Part shown: positions 29,593 through 40,467 of the stretch, piece by piece | How positions within the stretch are numbered: the stretch's first letter is position 1 | Layout: every line of letters starts with the position of its first letter | Assembly (NCBI GenBank): GCA_964613385.1 | Contig: CAZTGZ010000007.1 | Coordinates: 30,941 to 94,940, forward strand | Source: an uncultured Chitinophagaceae bacterium | GTDB lineage: Bacteria; Bacteroidota; Bacteroidia; NS11-12g; UBA9320 | Length of the DNA: 64,000 bases | Direction of reading: 5' to 3' | Program-made: the position numbers and the translations under genes | The notes under the pieces: generated by a model | What the model saw: only the letters and a program-made list of their open reading frames with translations | What the model was told of the DNA's origin: nothing | The model's database searches: none

Positions 29593-30642
29593 CTACAGAA
29601 CCAAAAGGGCGTCTCCGTAACAAAGGAAACGATACTTTTCTTCTAAAGCTGTTTTGTAAACTTTCACCGCAAAATCATAATCATCGATAAAGGCAGTGGT
29701 CAGCATCATCAGCGTGCTTTCGGGCTCATGAAAATTGGTGATAAAGCTATTGGCAATTTTAAAATCGTGGGGAGGGAAAATGAATTTGTCGGTCCAGCCC
29801 AAGGTTGGATTTAAATTGCCATAGGCAGATACAGAAGATTCCAATGCTCTCATTACACTGGAGCCAATGGCACAAACTCTTTTTCTCTGATCTTTGGCTT
29901 TGTTTACAATTTCAGATGCAGCAGGAGGAATGTCAAAGTTTTCAGAATCCATCTTGTGTTTCGTCAAATCTTCGACTTCTACTGTGCGTGCGGCACCCAA
30001 ACCGGTATTCAAATTTATTTTGGCAAATGAAACTCCCTTTATTTCGAGTCTCATCATCAATTCACGGGTAAAGTGCAAACCGGCCGTGGGCGGAGCGATG
30101 GCGCGTCCTTTTTCGGCAAAAATGGTTTGATAACGATCTTTGTCGTCTTCGTTCACTTCTCTGGTTATGTAGCGGGGCAAGGGTGTCTCACCTAATTTTT
30201 CGACGATCTTATTAAATTCGTCATCATTGCCGTCGAACAAGAAACGGATGGTGCGTCCCCTGCTGGTTGTATTATCAATTACTTCGGCTACCAATTCATC
30301 GTCGCCAAAGAATAATTTGTTGCCAACACGAATTTTTCTCGCCGGATCTACCAAAACATCCCACAAACGCAGGTCGTTGTTGAGTTCCCTTAAAAGAATT
30401 ACCTCAATTTTGGCTCCGGTTTTTTCTTTGTTTCCGTATAAACGCGCCGGAAAAACTTTGGCATCATTCAAAACCATCACATCCCCATCGTCGAAAATAT
30501 CCAGGATATCCTTGAATATCTTGTGTTCAATGGTTTTGTCTTTTCGGTTTACGACCATTAACCTGGCTTCATCACGATTGTAAGCTGGTTCCTGGGCAAT
30601 CAGTTGTTCCGGTAATTCGAATTTAAATTGAGATAATTTCAT
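29593..30642 (-). CDS. queA: S-adenosylmethionine:tRNA ribosyltransferase-isomerase homologue with divergent motifs
   Basis: [45 protein letters not shown]. Several normally invariant residues differ (see findings). Confidence 0.85.
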   Translation of the reverse strand: MKLSQFKFELPEQLIAQEPAYNRDEARLMVVNRKDKTIEHKIFKDILDIFDDGDVMVLNDAKVFPARLYGNKEKTGAKIEVILLRELNNDLRLWDVLVDPARKIRVGNKLFFGDDELVAEVIDNTTSRGRTIRFLFDGNDDEFNKIVEKLGETPLPRYITREVNEDDKDRYQTIFAEKGRAIAPPTAGLHFTRELMMRLEIKGVSFAKINLNTGLGAARTVEVEDLTKHKMDSENFDIPPAASEIVNKAKDQRKRVCAIGSSVMRALESSVSAYGNLNPTLGWTDKFIFPPHDFKIANSFITNFHEPESTLMMLTTAFIDDYDFAVKVYKTALEEKYRFLCYGDALLVL

Positions 30643-30672
30643 GCTTCAGTTCGCATTTTTCAAAAGAGGGTG

Positions 30673-30680
30673 CAAAAATA
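30673..30680 (-). promoter_or_regulatory. -7 promoter box TATTTTTG for queA
   Basis: Exact TAnnTTTG match 30 nt upstream of the queA ATG. Confidence 0.45.
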
Positions 30681-30713
30681 GGTAAAATAGACGTAAGAAT
30701 CTATATTAAGAAT

Positions 30714-32513
30714 TTATCCAATCATGATATGGGTATCCGGATAGCGGTAACTCAGGTTTTCATCTTCTTTGCTCAGGGTGAGCGCCAATGACAATAAACC
30801 TACTCTGCCGGCAAACATGGTGATAACCAGAATAATTTTACCTGCATCGCTCAAATTTGGCGTAATGCCCATCGATAATCCGACGGTAGCGAAGGCGCTG
30901 ATGGTTTCAAAAATTAATGTGATCAACGGTTTGTCTCCATCGGTGAAAAGCAAAGCGAAAATGACAATAAAAATAAAAGTAGCGGAAAATATAAAAATGG
31001 AAAAAGCCTTGAGCATGATGTCTTTGGGAATATTCCTTTTTCCAAGTGAATAATGTCTTTTACCTTTAACAGTTCCCCATAAAGCAACAAAAAGAATAAC
31101 AAATGTACTTGTTTTAATACCACCTCCGGTTGAGCCTGAGGATGCTCCAATGAACATAAGAAACAACATCAGAAAAATGGAGGTAAGATGCATATCTCCA
31201 ATATTTACAGTATTGAATCCGGCTGTTCTGGTGGTAATACTTTGAAATATGGATGTAATGGCAGCTTCCACCGGCTTCATGCCTTTTAGAGTGTTATTTT
31301 GCTCAAGCAAATAGAAAAAAACAGCACCTAAAACGACCAGAAGAACAGAAGTAAAAAAGGCGATACGCGTGCTGAGTTTCCATCTTCTCCAGGGTTGAGC
31401 CATTCTTTGCCTGATATGTTCTCTTCCAAACATATCTTTAAAAGCCGGAAAGCCCAGACTACCAAAGAAAATGGTAATGGCAAACATCAAATGCAGGATA
31501 TACAACCCACGAAGTCCAACGGTATGCAGGCCATCAGAATACAATGAAAATCCCGCATTGTTAAATGCTGAAACCGCGTGAAAAACGGAATGAAATATTC
31601 GCTGTTCCTCGCTGTGGAAAGGTGTATTTCCCCATAAGGAGTAGATGCCAATAGCTGCCAGGGTTTCAAATGCCAACGTAAAAAATATGATGGGTCTCAA
31701 CAATCCATGTGCACCGGATAAATTCTCGCTATCCGTAAAGCTTTTCAAGGCGTTTTCGTGTTTCAGGCTGATTCCTTTTTTAAGAAAAGTGGCAAAAAAC
31801 GATGCAAATGTCAGAATACCGATACCTCCCAGTTGTATGAGTATCATTAAGACAAAATGTCCTTTAGAATTGAAAAAAGTGGAAATATCTATTGGGCTTA
31901 GCCCGGTTACACAACTGGCACTAGCCGAAAGAAACAGCGCATCGGTTATATTCAAAAACCTTCCGGTAGTGTTCATGGCCGGCAGAGAAAGCAAAAAAGC
32001 ACCCCCTAAAATCAAAACCACAAATGACGACGTAAACAGAGTAGCCGGTTTTATCTTAATGCTGTTAAAATCTTTGTAGTTGCGGATGAATTCAATGAAT
32101 ACCAGCAATAGCAGATAAAATTGAATCGACAGGGTATAAATGGTGTTGAGATGCTTTAAATTGATGGCAGTGAAGACCTTATAAAGCAAAGGAATTCCGA
32201 ACAAATAATGACTAATAATATCATAGGCAACAATGAGGAGCAGTATGGTTTCAACCATATGATCCTTAATGAATTGGACCCTGTCCAGAGTAAAGAATAT
32301 CTTCAGAACAAAATTGAGCAGGAAGAATCCATAAAATAGTTTGATGACATTGAAAATAACATGTTTATTGGCATCTGTGTGGTTGAATCCGTGGTAATAT
32401 ATCAACGCGGCAACAGCCATTAAGGAAGCCAGGAGAATGCCAATTCTCAAGACGATTCTGATCCACTTTTGATGGGTGAAGATAAAATGGTTCAGATTGT
32501 CAAAAATTTTCAT
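30714..32513 (-). CDS. TrkH/KtrB-family potassium uptake membrane protein with extra N-terminal TM region
   Basis: Four pore-loop motifs SASCVTGL, SAFNNAGF, TTRTAGF, SAFATVGL; GASSGSTGGGIKTST. Confidence 0.9.
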   Translation of the reverse strand: MKIFDNLNHFIFTHQKWIRIVLRIGILLASLMAVAALIYYHGFNHTDANKHVIFNVIKLFYGFFLLNFVLKIFFTLDRVQFIKDHMVETILLLIVAYDIISHYLFGIPLLYKVFTAINLKHLNTIYTLSIQFYLLLLVFIEFIRNYKDFNSIKIKPATLFTSSFVVLILGGAFLLSLPAMNTTGRFLNITDALFLSASASCVTGLSPIDISTFFNSKGHFVLMILIQLGGIGILTFASFFATFLKKGISLKHENALKSFTDSENLSGAHGLLRPIIFFTLAFETLAAIGIYSLWGNTPFHSEEQRIFHSVFHAVSAFNNAGFSLYSDGLHTVGLRGLYILHLMFAITIFFGSLGFPAFKDMFGREHIRQRMAQPWRRWKLSTRIAFFTSVLLVVLGAVFFYLLEQNNTLKGMKPVEAAITSIFQSITTRTAGFNTVNIGDMHLTSIFLMLFLMFIGASSGSTGGGIKTSTFVILFVALWGTVKGKRHYSLGKRNIPKDIMLKAFSIFIFSATFIFIVIFALLFTDGDKPLITLIFETISAFATVGLSMGITPNLSDAGKIILVITMFAGRVGLLSLALTLSKEDENLSYRYPDTHIMIG

Positions 32514-33496
32514 GCTATAGATTCGGCATATTCACGGAACAACTGAATTTTATCTATGGGCACAACGCCTGGGAATTCACAAACCAGACCACCTGCCAAA
32601 TTCGACAGTTTAGCCATTTCCGTGATATTCATTCCGGAAGCCAGACACAATGCAGCTACCCCAATAACCGTGTCACCGGCTCCGCTAACGTCGGCTATGG
32701 TTCGTTCATGTGCCGGGAAATGAAAAAAGGAGGATTTGTTGCCGATCACTACCCCTTGTTCACTTAAGGTAATCATCACCCATGCGCAGTTCAACTTTTC
32801 GACAATCGCATGTAAGGCGTTTTCTATTTGAGGTAAGCTTTTCAGGTTGTCGTGCAGTTTTAATCCTTCAATCACTTCTTTTCGATTGGGTTTAAAAAGT
32901 GTAACACCCTGGTAATCGAAGAAGTGATTGAGCTTTGGGTCCACCACAACCGGTATGTCCTGACTTTTAGAAATGGAAATTACCGATTGAATCAGATGAC
33001 TTGACAACAAGCCTTTATTGTAATCTTCGAAAATTATAACATCATATTTTCCTAGTTCTGAAGCAATTTTTTCAATCAGAATGGATTCTTGATCCTGATT
33101 CAATTCAAAAGTGTCTTCATAATCGATTCTCAAAACCTGATGTCGATTGCCTATGATTCTTGTTTTTTCGGTTGTGCGTCTGTTTGGGTCTGCTAAAACC
33201 AAATGCGTCTGAATTTGCTCATCATTCAACAATTTGAGCATCGTTTCGCCGGGTTTGTCATTTCCAATTAAACCACAAAGGGTTACCTGAGCACCGAGCG
33301 CTCTAATATTCAAAGCGACATTGGCGGCACCACCCAACCGAAACTCAGTTTTTTCGGCGTGTACTACGGGAACAGGAGCTTCCGGCGAAATTCTGTCCAC
33401 TTTTCCGTGGATATAAGTGTCGAGCATGATATCGCCGATAACCAACGCCCTGCACTGACTGAACTTGTTTAGTATGTCTTCCACCGCCTTGTTCAC
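32510..33496 (-). CDS. rfaE1: D-glycero-beta-D-manno-heptose-7-phosphate kinase (RfaE/HldE domain I, PfkB family)
   Basis: GDIMLDTY, RISPEAPVPVV, GGAANVA, DVSGAGDT. No adenylyltransferase domain. Confidence 0.85.
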   Translation of the reverse strand: MNKAVEDILNKFSQCRALVIGDIMLDTYIHGKVDRISPEAPVPVVHAEKTEFRLGGAANVALNIRALGAQVTLCGLIGNDKPGETMLKLLNDEQIQTHLVLADPNRRTTEKTRIIGNRHQVLRIDYEDTFELNQDQESILIEKIASELGKYDVIIFEDYNKGLLSSHLIQSVISISKSQDIPVVVDPKLNHFFDYQGVTLFKPNRKEVIEGLKLHDNLKSLPQIENALHAIVEKLNCAWVMITLSEQGVVIGNKSSFFHFPAHERTIADVSGAGDTVIGVAALCLASGMNITEMAKLSNLAGGLVCEFPGVVPIDKIQLFREYAESIA

Positions 33497-34689
33497 TTCA
33501 ACTTACTTAAGGCAGCTTTCATACGATCGGCAGCCAGATTGATCTGCTCGAGGCTGGTGGCATATGAAATTCTCACGCAGTTGTCATTTCCGAATGCCGA
33601 ACCCGAAACCATAGAAATATGAGCTTCTTCGAGCATATACATACAGAAGTCATATGAGTCTTTAATGATGATCTGATTGTATTGGGAATTAAAATATTGA
33701 CTTACATCCGGAAAAACATAAAAAGCACCTTCCGGATGATTGCATATGATTCCGGGCATTTCCTCCAGCCTGTGAATGATGACATTTCTCCGTTCTTCGA
33801 AGGCGTTTCTCATCGCTTTAGTCGGACTCAAATCACTTTGTAAAGCTGACAAAGCTGCATATTGAGCAATTGAGTTTGCACCACTTGTGAATTGACTTTG
33901 AAGCTTTTCACAGGCCTGTGCAATTTCTTTGGGCGCACCGATATATCCTATACGCCAACCTGTCATGGCAAAGGCTTTTGAAACGCCATTCACGGTTACA
34001 ACCCGATTTTTAAGTGATTCGAAACTGCCAATACTTACATGTTTGTGGGTTCCAAACATAATATGTTCATATATCTCATCTGCCACAACCAGCACATCCG
34101 GATATTCTGCTAAAATTTCGGATAGGACGCTCAGGTCTTCGTACCGATAAATATTCCCGGTTGGATTGTTCGGAGATGAGAAAAGAAACATCTTCGTTTT
34201 ATGACTCAGCAAATTTTTAACGACCTCCCAATCCGGTTTAAATTCATGTTGAATGCTAGAAGGGATATAAACCGGCACACCTCCCGCGAATTTGATCATT
34301 TCGCTGTAACTCACCCAATAAGGAGTTGGCAACATCACTTCATCTCCGGGATTGATGGTGCACATAATAACATTCATAAGGGCGTGTTTGGCGCCGCTGC
34401 TCACGACAATTTGATCCGGGGCATATGAAAGTTGGTTTTCACGCTGAAATTTTTCTGAAATTGCCTCCCTCAATTCGGCTAAACCTGCTACCGGAGTATA
34501 CTTGGTTTTTCCTTGTCTGATGGCCTCGATGGCTGCATTTTTTATATGTTCAGGTGTATCAAAATCCGGTTCTCCAAAGTGAAGCGGGATCACTGAAATA
34601 CCTTTTGCCTGTAATTCGCGCGTTTTCTTGGCCATTCCAATGGTTTGGGATTCCTCGATGGTCGAAAGGCGATCGGCTATCTTAATCAT
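33493..34689 (-). CDS. PLP-dependent aspartate aminotransferase (class I)
   Basis: GEPDFDTP, SPNNPTG, DEIYE, NGVSKAFAMTGWRIGY, GAFY, VRISYA. Start set at ATG 34689; promoter TTG-N19-TATATTCG at 34707-34736 on the minus strand. Confidence 0.92.
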   Translation of the reverse strand: MIKIADRLSTIEESQTIGMAKKTRELQAKGISVIPLHFGEPDFDTPEHIKNAAIEAIRQGKTKYTPVAGLAELREAISEKFQRENQLSYAPDQIVVSSGAKHALMNVIMCTINPGDEVMLPTPYWVSYSEMIKFAGGVPVYIPSSIQHEFKPDWEVVKNLLSHKTKMFLFSSPNNPTGNIYRYEDLSVLSEILAEYPDVLVVADEIYEHIMFGTHKHVSIGSFESLKNRVVTVNGVSKAFAMTGWRIGYIGAPKEIAQACEKLQSQFTSGANSIAQYAALSALQSDLSPTKAMRNAFEERRNVIIHRLEEMPGIICNHPEGAFYVFPDVSQYFNSQYNQIIIKDSYDFCMYMLEEAHISMVSGSAFGNDNCVRISYATSLEQINLAADRMKAALSKLK

Positions 34690-34738
34690 ACTGGTGGTTT
34701 GAGGTGCGAATATACATTTTATCCAATGGTGAACAATT

Positions 34739-34851
34739 TGACAAATTGGCAATAGTTAACAACCGTCTGATGTCAATTTGTCTTGAAAACGTCTTGAAAA
34801 TCAGATTTCTAATGTCAAAATAGCCGTGTTATATTTTGGAATTCCGTTTGA
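34739..34851. promoter_or_regulatory. Repeated TGACAAA/TGTCA motifs and a GG-N10-GA element upstream of clpB
   Basis: TGACAAATTGGCA 34739, TGTCAATTTGTCT 34771, TGTCAAAAT 34813; direct repeat GTCTTGAAAA at 34780 and 34791; TGGAATTCCGTTTGA 34837-34851. Confidence 0.4.
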
Positions 34852-34868
34852 GTGGAAGGGGTAGCATT

Positions 34869-37469
34869 ATGAACTTAAATCAATTTACCATAAAATCTCA
34901 GGAGGCTATTCAAAAAGCCCAGGAATTAGCTGTTTCCGCCTCAAATGCATCCATAGAAACCGGACATTTATTGAAAGGCTTGCTTCTGACAGACGAAAAC
35001 GTGCTGACGTATGCCCTTAAAAAATGCAATGTGCAACCCGAGCGGCTGAATCAAGCCCTGGATGCAGTTTTGCAAAGTTACCCCAGACAAAGCGGAGGAT
35101 CGGTGTATTTGTCGTCACAAGCTAATCAGGTATTGGTCAAATCCCAGAGTTATCTGAAGTCATTTGGGGATGAGTTTGTGACCGTGGAGCACATCATGTT
35201 GGCCTTGCTTGAACAGGGAGATCAGATTTCTCAATTGTTGAAAGATTCCGGCGCAATCTTCAAGGATTTGAAGGAATCTTTTTTGTCTTTGAGAAGTGGG
35301 GGAAAGGCAAACTCGCAAAGCGCAGAGGCTCAATACAATGCCTTGAATAAGTATGCGAGAAATCTGAATGACCTGGCGAGACAGGGAAAGCTGGATCCGG
35401 TGATTGGAAGGGATGAGGAAATCAGGCGTGTACTTCAGATATTATCGAGAAGGACCAAAAATAATCCAATCCTCATAGGCGAACCCGGAGTCGGTAAAAC
35501 AGCCATTGCTGAGGGATTGGCACATAGAATTGTGAGTGGAGATGTTCCCGAAAATCTGAAAACCAAGCAGGTGTTTTCATTGGATATGGGGAGTCTGGTA
35601 GCCGGTGCGAAATACAAGGGTGAATTTGAAGAGCGATTAAAAGCAGTTGTCAAAGAGGTGATTGATGCTTCGGGCGAATTGGTTCTTTTTATTGATGAAA
35701 TACATACGTTGGTTGGTGCCGGTGGTAGTGGAGAAGGAGCTATGGATGCTGCCAACATTCTTAAACCGGCTTTGGCAAGGGGAGAGCTTAGAGCCATCGG
35801 GGCCACAACATTAGCCGAGTATCAGAAATATATAGAAAAGGATAAAGCCCTGGAGCGAAGGTTTCAGACTGTTTACGTGGAAGAACCTGATACCCAGGAT
35901 GCCATCTCTATTTTAAGGGGACTAAAAGAGCGATATGAGGTTCATCATAAAGTGAGAATTAAAGATGAAGCCATCATAGCGGCTGTAGAATTATCACAGC
36001 GTTATATTTCGGATCGGTTTTTACCGGACAAAGCCATAGATCTGGTGGATGAAGCCGCCGCGAAGTTGAGATTGGAAATTGATTCCGTGCCCGAAGAACT
36101 CGACGAATTACAACGCAAAATTATGCAATTGGAGATCGAACGTGAGGCGATAAAGCGGGAAAAAGACGACAAAAAACTCCAAAGTCTCAATGAACAGATA
36201 TCAAATTTGGGGGATGAAAGAAATGCCCTGAAATCAAGGTGGCAGGAAGAAAAGCAGATCGTGGATGCCATTCAGACCGCCAAAAAGGATATAGAAAATC
36301 TAAGATTCGAAGCCGATCAGGCTGAAAGGGCCGGTGATTATGGGAAGGTTGCTGAAATCAGGTATGGCAAAATGAAGGATGCTGAGGCGAATTTGCAACA
36401 GTTTCAAAATGAGTTGTTAAGCAGGCAAAATGGTCATTCACTGGTAAAAGAAGAGGTTGATGCCGAGGATATTGCTGAAATAGTGAGCCGATGGACCGGT
36501 GTTCCGGTGCAGAGTATGTTGCAGAGTGAACGGGAAAAATTGTTGCATTTAGAGGATGAATTGCACAAAAGAGTGATAGGTCAACAGGAAGCCATTGAAG
36601 CCATTTCAGATGCCATCAGAAGGAGCAGGGCTGGATTATCTGACCCTAAAAAGCCGATAGGGTCATTTATATTTTTGGGAACAACAGGTGTGGGTAAAAC
36701 GGAGTTGGCCAAGGCATTGGCAGAGTATCTGTTCGATCAGGAAAATGCCATGGTTAGGATAGATATGAGCGAATATCAGGAGAAACATACGGTTTCCAGA
36801 TTGATTGGAGCTCCTCCGGGATATGTTGGATATGATGAAGGCGGACAATTAACGGAAGCGGTACGACGCCGGCCGTATAGTGTGATCTTGTTGGATGAAA
36901 TTGAAAAGGCTCATCCGGATGTGTTTAACATATTGCTGCAGGTGTTGGATGATGGCAGGTTGACCGATAACAAGGGAAGAACCGCTAATTTCAAGAATAC
37001 CATTGTTATAATGACCAGCAATATTGGATCTCACTTAATTCAGGATCGATTGGAAGATTTGAGTGAAGATAGCAGATCAGAGGTAATTGCAAAAACCAAA
37101 GTGGAGGTTTTCGACTTACTAAAGAAGAGCATACGTCCCGAGTTTTTGAATCGGATTGACGAAGTAATTATGTTCACCCCATTGACTCGTGAGGAGATCA
37201 GAGATATAGTTTTGTTACAATTCGGTGGAATTCAGAAAATGTTAAAAGAGATGCAGGTAGACCTGAGCGCTACAGAAGAAGCCCTGGATTGGCTGGGAGA
37301 ATTGGGATATGATCCTCAATTTGGCGCGAGACCCTTGAAGCGGGTAATTCAAAAGGAGATTTTGAACAAATTGAGCAAGGATTTATTGGCTGGAGTGGTT
37401 GTAAAGGAAAAGCCCATATTGTTGAAACTTGACGGGGCGAGAAATTTTGTTTTTGAGCCTAAAGACTAA
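34869..37469 (+). CDS. clpB: Chaperone ClpB
   Basis: [13 protein letters not shown] start, two AAA modules, long coiled-coil middle domain with [19 protein letters not shown]. Confidence 0.97.
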   Translation: MNLNQFTIKSQEAIQKAQELAVSASNASIETGHLLKGLLLTDENVLTYALKKCNVQPERLNQALDAVLQSYPRQSGGSVYLSSQANQVLVKSQSYLKSFGDEFVTVEHIMLALLEQGDQISQLLKDSGAIFKDLKESFLSLRSGGKANSQSAEAQYNALNKYARNLNDLARQGKLDPVIGRDEEIRRVLQILSRRTKNNPILIGEPGVGKTAIAEGLAHRIVSGDVPENLKTKQVFSLDMGSLVAGAKYKGEFEERLKAVVKEVIDASGELVLFIDEIHTLVGAGGSGEGAMDAANILKPALARGELRAIGATTLAEYQKYIEKDKALERRFQTVYVEEPDTQDAISILRGLKERYEVHHKVRIKDEAIIAAVELSQRYISDRFLPDKAIDLVDEAAAKLRLEIDSVPEELDELQRKIMQLEIEREAIKREKDDKKLQSLNEQISNLGDERNALKSRWQEEKQIVDAIQTAKKDIENLRFEADQAERAGDYGKVAEIRYGKMKDAEANLQQFQNELLSRQNGHSLVKEEVDAEDIAEIVSRWTGVPVQSMLQSEREKLLHLEDELHKRVIGQQEAIEAISDAIRRSRAGLSDPKKPIGSFIFLGTTGVGKTELAKALAEYLFDQENAMVRIDMSEYQEKHTVSRLIGAPPGYVGYDEGGQLTEAVRRRPYSVILLDEIEKAHPDVFNILLQVLDDGRLTDNKGRTANFKNTIVIMTSNIGSHLIQDRLEDLSEDSRSEVIAKTKVEVFDLLKKSIRPEFLNRIDEVIMFTPLTREEIRDIVLLQFGGIQKMLKEMQVDLSATEEALDWLGELGYDPQFGARPLKRVIQKEILNKLSKDLLAGVVVKEKPILLKLDGARNFVFEPKD

Positions 37470-38683
37470 GGTTTAAGCAGGCTGCGGTAAATTTCGGCGA
37501 GACGAGAAGTGTGCTTTTTATAATCAAAATGCGCATTGCAGGTTTCTCTTCCTTTTTCTCCCAAAGTGTGATAGTCGAAATTTCCCTGATATCGATGTAG
37601 AATGGCCTGACGAAGATCCGTGATATTGTCCGGATCTATGAGTATGCTGTTTTCTAAATTGGTGAGATAAGATTCAACATCTCCAACCCTTGATGAAATG
37701 GTTGGAATTCCTGTAGCGAGATATTCTCCAAGTTTGGTAGGGAATCCAAAATGTGAATATGGCTCGTTGGTGCGATTGACCACCAACAAGTCGCAATCTG
37801 AAAGTAGATGAGGTATTTCATCGTACTTCACTTGCCCCGTATGTTCAACTTCTCCATTTAAACCGGATTCTTTCAAAACACGATCGAAGTGTTTCTTTCT
37901 CGGGTTATAGCCAATGAGGCGCAACTTTAATCCCTGATTTTCGCGGTTAGCTTCCGCAAAGGCTTTGATAATACCTTCCACACCGTCTTTTCTGCCAAAT
38001 GAACCCAGATATCCAATACGACGGTGGTTGTGGCCATTCATATGTATATGTCCGAACCTATGCAAGTCAACTACGATAGGGATCAGGGTTACTTTGTTTT
38101 TCCCAACGCGTTTTTCATAATATTCAAGGAGTTTGTTTGAAATCACAATGAGATGTGTAGCAAAATAAGGAACCACAAAATCATGAAATTTAGAAAAAAA
38201 CTGCACCACAGATTCTTTCCAATTCGAGGGAACCCGACTATGTTCCAACTCTGTAATTTCAACCACAAGGGGGATACGCGCTATTTTAGCATACAGGTAA
38301 ATTGGAAAGTATGCAATTTTTGAAGGGTGGTAAATATGGATGGCATCGAATTTCTTTCCTTTAATCATCAATACCCAACAGGCGTGGAGAGAGGCGAATA
38401 TTTTTCGAAAGTTTCTGATGATCAATTGATTGGGGCGCTGCAGACTGTTTCCAAGATATCTGAACCAAATGCCATTGCTATACCCTGAAATCTTGGTGTT
38501 TATATGATTGGAATTAAAATCAGATGAGCCAAGAATGAACAGGTAAAAAAGAACGTTCTCTTTCTTTAGTCCGCTGGCATAGGCCCGCAATCTGGAGTTG
38601 CCTCCATTGCCTTCATTAAAATCAATCCATGAAAAACAAGCTATGCGCACAAAAGAAATTTTACAAATAACGTGTTTACCCAA
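37466..38683 (-). CDS. Glycosyltransferase family 4
   Basis: [25 protein letters not shown]; TTG start. Confidence 0.85.
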   Translation of the reverse strand: MGKHVICKISFVRIACFSWIDFNEGNGGNSRLRAYASGLKKENVLFYLFILGSSDFNSNHINTKISGYSNGIWFRYLGNSLQRPNQLIIRNFRKIFASLHACWVLMIKGKKFDAIHIYHPSKIAYFPIYLYAKIARIPLVVEITELEHSRVPSNWKESVVQFFSKFHDFVVPYFATHLIVISNKLLEYYEKRVGKNKVTLIPIVVDLHRFGHIHMNGHNHRRIGYLGSFGRKDGVEGIIKAFAEANRENQGLKLRLIGYNPRKKHFDRVLKESGLNGEVEHTGQVKYDEIPHLLSDCDLLVVNRTNEPYSHFGFPTKLGEYLATGIPTISSRVGDVESYLTNLENSILIDPDNITDLRQAILHRYQGNFDYHTLGEKGRETCNAHFDYKKHTSRLAEIYRSLLKP

Positions 38684-38722
38684 GTCATTCTCAACTTAAT
38701 TAGCATAAATAGGACTTTCTAA

Positions 38723-39835
38723 TCAGGCGGTGGGTCTATGGTCGGCGGCCAGATAAATTCTTTCAATTATGTCTACTACTTTCATGCCTTCCAGGGCATT
38801 TGCCGTAATGGACGCCTTGCCATTGAGCGTATTGACAACATTTTCAATCACATAGTGATGGTTTGCGGCAGACCCTTTAAATGGACCATAATCGTTCGGT
38901 GGATTGGTGGGAGGAAGTTCAGGTTTGGCATAATTCTCAATATGGCAATATTCTATTTCGTTCATATACTGCCCGCCTATTTTCAAGCTTCCTTTAGTTC
39001 CGGTAACCGTGATGGAACTTTCCATATTGGTATCCCAAACCGATGTAGAGAAATTCAAGCTTCCGATTCCTCCATCTACAAACTCAAAAATACTGTGCCC
39101 ACTATCTTCAAACTCTGTATTTTGATGATGGTTGAAATTGCGCAAGTTGGTTCGAATATTGGTGATGTCACCAAAAACCCAGTACATGATGTCAATAAAA
39201 TGGCTGAACTGCGTGAAAAGAACACCTCCATCCAAAAGCGATGAACCCTTCCATGGATGAAGGCCATTTTGTTTCCTGTTGGATATGATTTCTTCGAAAG
39301 ATTGAATTTGAACTTTGGCAGTTAAATCTCCGGTATTCAGCGCTTTCCCATAGTACCTTTCATCCCGATTCCAATAGCAGTTTACCTGAACCATGAGCAC
39401 ATCTCCAATGATTTTGTTCTCTACTACTTCTTTCAACCATCTGCTTGGCGGGCTGTATCGATTTTGCTTAACAACAAAAACTTGTTTATTAACATTCAGT
39501 GCCTTGAAAATCACTTTTTCGCATTCCGTTTTGTTTAGACCCATCGGCTTTTCAATCACAACATGATGTCCGGATTCCAAAGCTTTCATGGCTATGGGAA
39601 TATGGAATCCATTAGGAGTCGCAATGTTAATGACATCTGCCTGAATACCGGATTCAAGGAATTGATCGAATGTTTGAAAGAATTGCGCATTTGGTGGAAT
39701 CAATTCATGGCTTGAAAGTTCGGCATCCGGGTCAATAATGGCGACTACCTCAGCTCCCGGAAAATTAGAAGCTATGGTTGCGTGTCGCTTTCCGATATGC
39801 CCGAATCCGCAAATTGCGAAACGAATATTTGTCAT
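38723..39835 (-). CDS. Gfo/Idh/MocA oxidoreductase (WbpB/WlbA-like nucleotide-sugar 3-dehydrogenase)
   Basis: CGFGHIG, IATPNGFH, VVIEKPM, VKQNRY, QFSHFID, KGSAANH. Confidence 0.82.
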   Translation of the reverse strand: MTNIRFAICGFGHIGKRHATIASNFPGAEVVAIIDPDAELSSHELIPPNAQFFQTFDQFLESGIQADVINIATPNGFHIPIAMKALESGHHVVIEKPMGLNKTECEKVIFKALNVNKQVFVVKQNRYSPPSRWLKEVVENKIIGDVLMVQVNCYWNRDERYYGKALNTGDLTAKVQIQSFEEIISNRKQNGLHPWKGSSLLDGGVLFTQFSHFIDIMYWVFGDITNIRTNLRNFNHHQNTEFEDSGHSIFEFVDGGIGSLNFSTSVWDTNMESSITVTGTKGSLKIGGQYMNEIEYCHIENYAKPELPPTNPPNDYGPFKGSAANHHYVIENVVNTLNGKASITANALEGMKVVDIIERIYLAADHRPTA

Positions 39836-40449
39836 AGGATAGATGTAGGATTTACAGATTTACGAAATTGAACAATCTTCCATAAGGTTCGAAGTATTAT
39901 TCCAAGGTCTTTTATAAATGACCGATTTTCTATGTATTCCAGATTGATGCGCAGTTTGTCGGGCATTATCTTTTGAATATAAGTTTCCTCGGGGTTGGTT
40001 GCATTTGACAGCAGGTCATTTTCATTTCGATATTTAATAGAGGCTTCATCCGTTATGCCTGGTTTTACGGACAGAACTTTTCGTTGTTCATTTGAATACA
40101 GATCAACGTACTTCTTTACTTCCGGTCTCGGCCCTACAAGGCTCATATCATTTATAAGCACATTGATCAGTTGAGGCAGTTCGTCCAGTTTATATTTCCG
40201 AATAAAAGATCCACTCCGGGTGATTCTGGGGTCTTTGCCTATCGTAAGTAATCCCTGATTGTCGCTGTTTTTTCGCATGCTTCGGAACTTGAACAACTTA
40301 AAAGGAATACCGTCCTTACCTATCCTTTGTTGTAGATAAAATGGGCCTCCCGCGGATTCTAAGGAAATCCAAATGGAAATTAAGAGAAAAATGGGACTGA
40401 GCAGGATGATTCCGATGGCAGCGGTGATGATGTCGAAAAGACGTTTCAT
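39832..40449 (-). CDS. Initiating phosphoglycosyl transferase (bacterial sugar transferase, WcfS-like)
   Basis: MKRLFDI, FKFRSM, DPRITRSG, KLDELPQLINV, DMSLVGPRP, VKPGIT. Confidence 0.92.
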   Translation of the reverse strand: MKRLFDIITAAIGIILLSPIFLLISIWISLESAGGPFYLQQRIGKDGIPFKLFKFRSMRKNSDNQGLLTIGKDPRITRSGSFIRKYKLDELPQLINVLINDMSLVGPRPEVKKYVDLYSNEQRKVLSVKPGITDEASIKYRNENDLLSNATNPEETYIQKIMPDKLRINLEYIENRSFIKDLGIILRTLWKIVQFRKSVNPTSIL

Positions 40450-40467
40450 GGGGGGAGGGATTTGGGC

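Noticed and set aside
40450-40455. G6 tract just before the sugar-transferase start as a phase-variation site
   Set aside because: Too short for frequent slippage and non-coding; no invertible repeats or recombinase seen.
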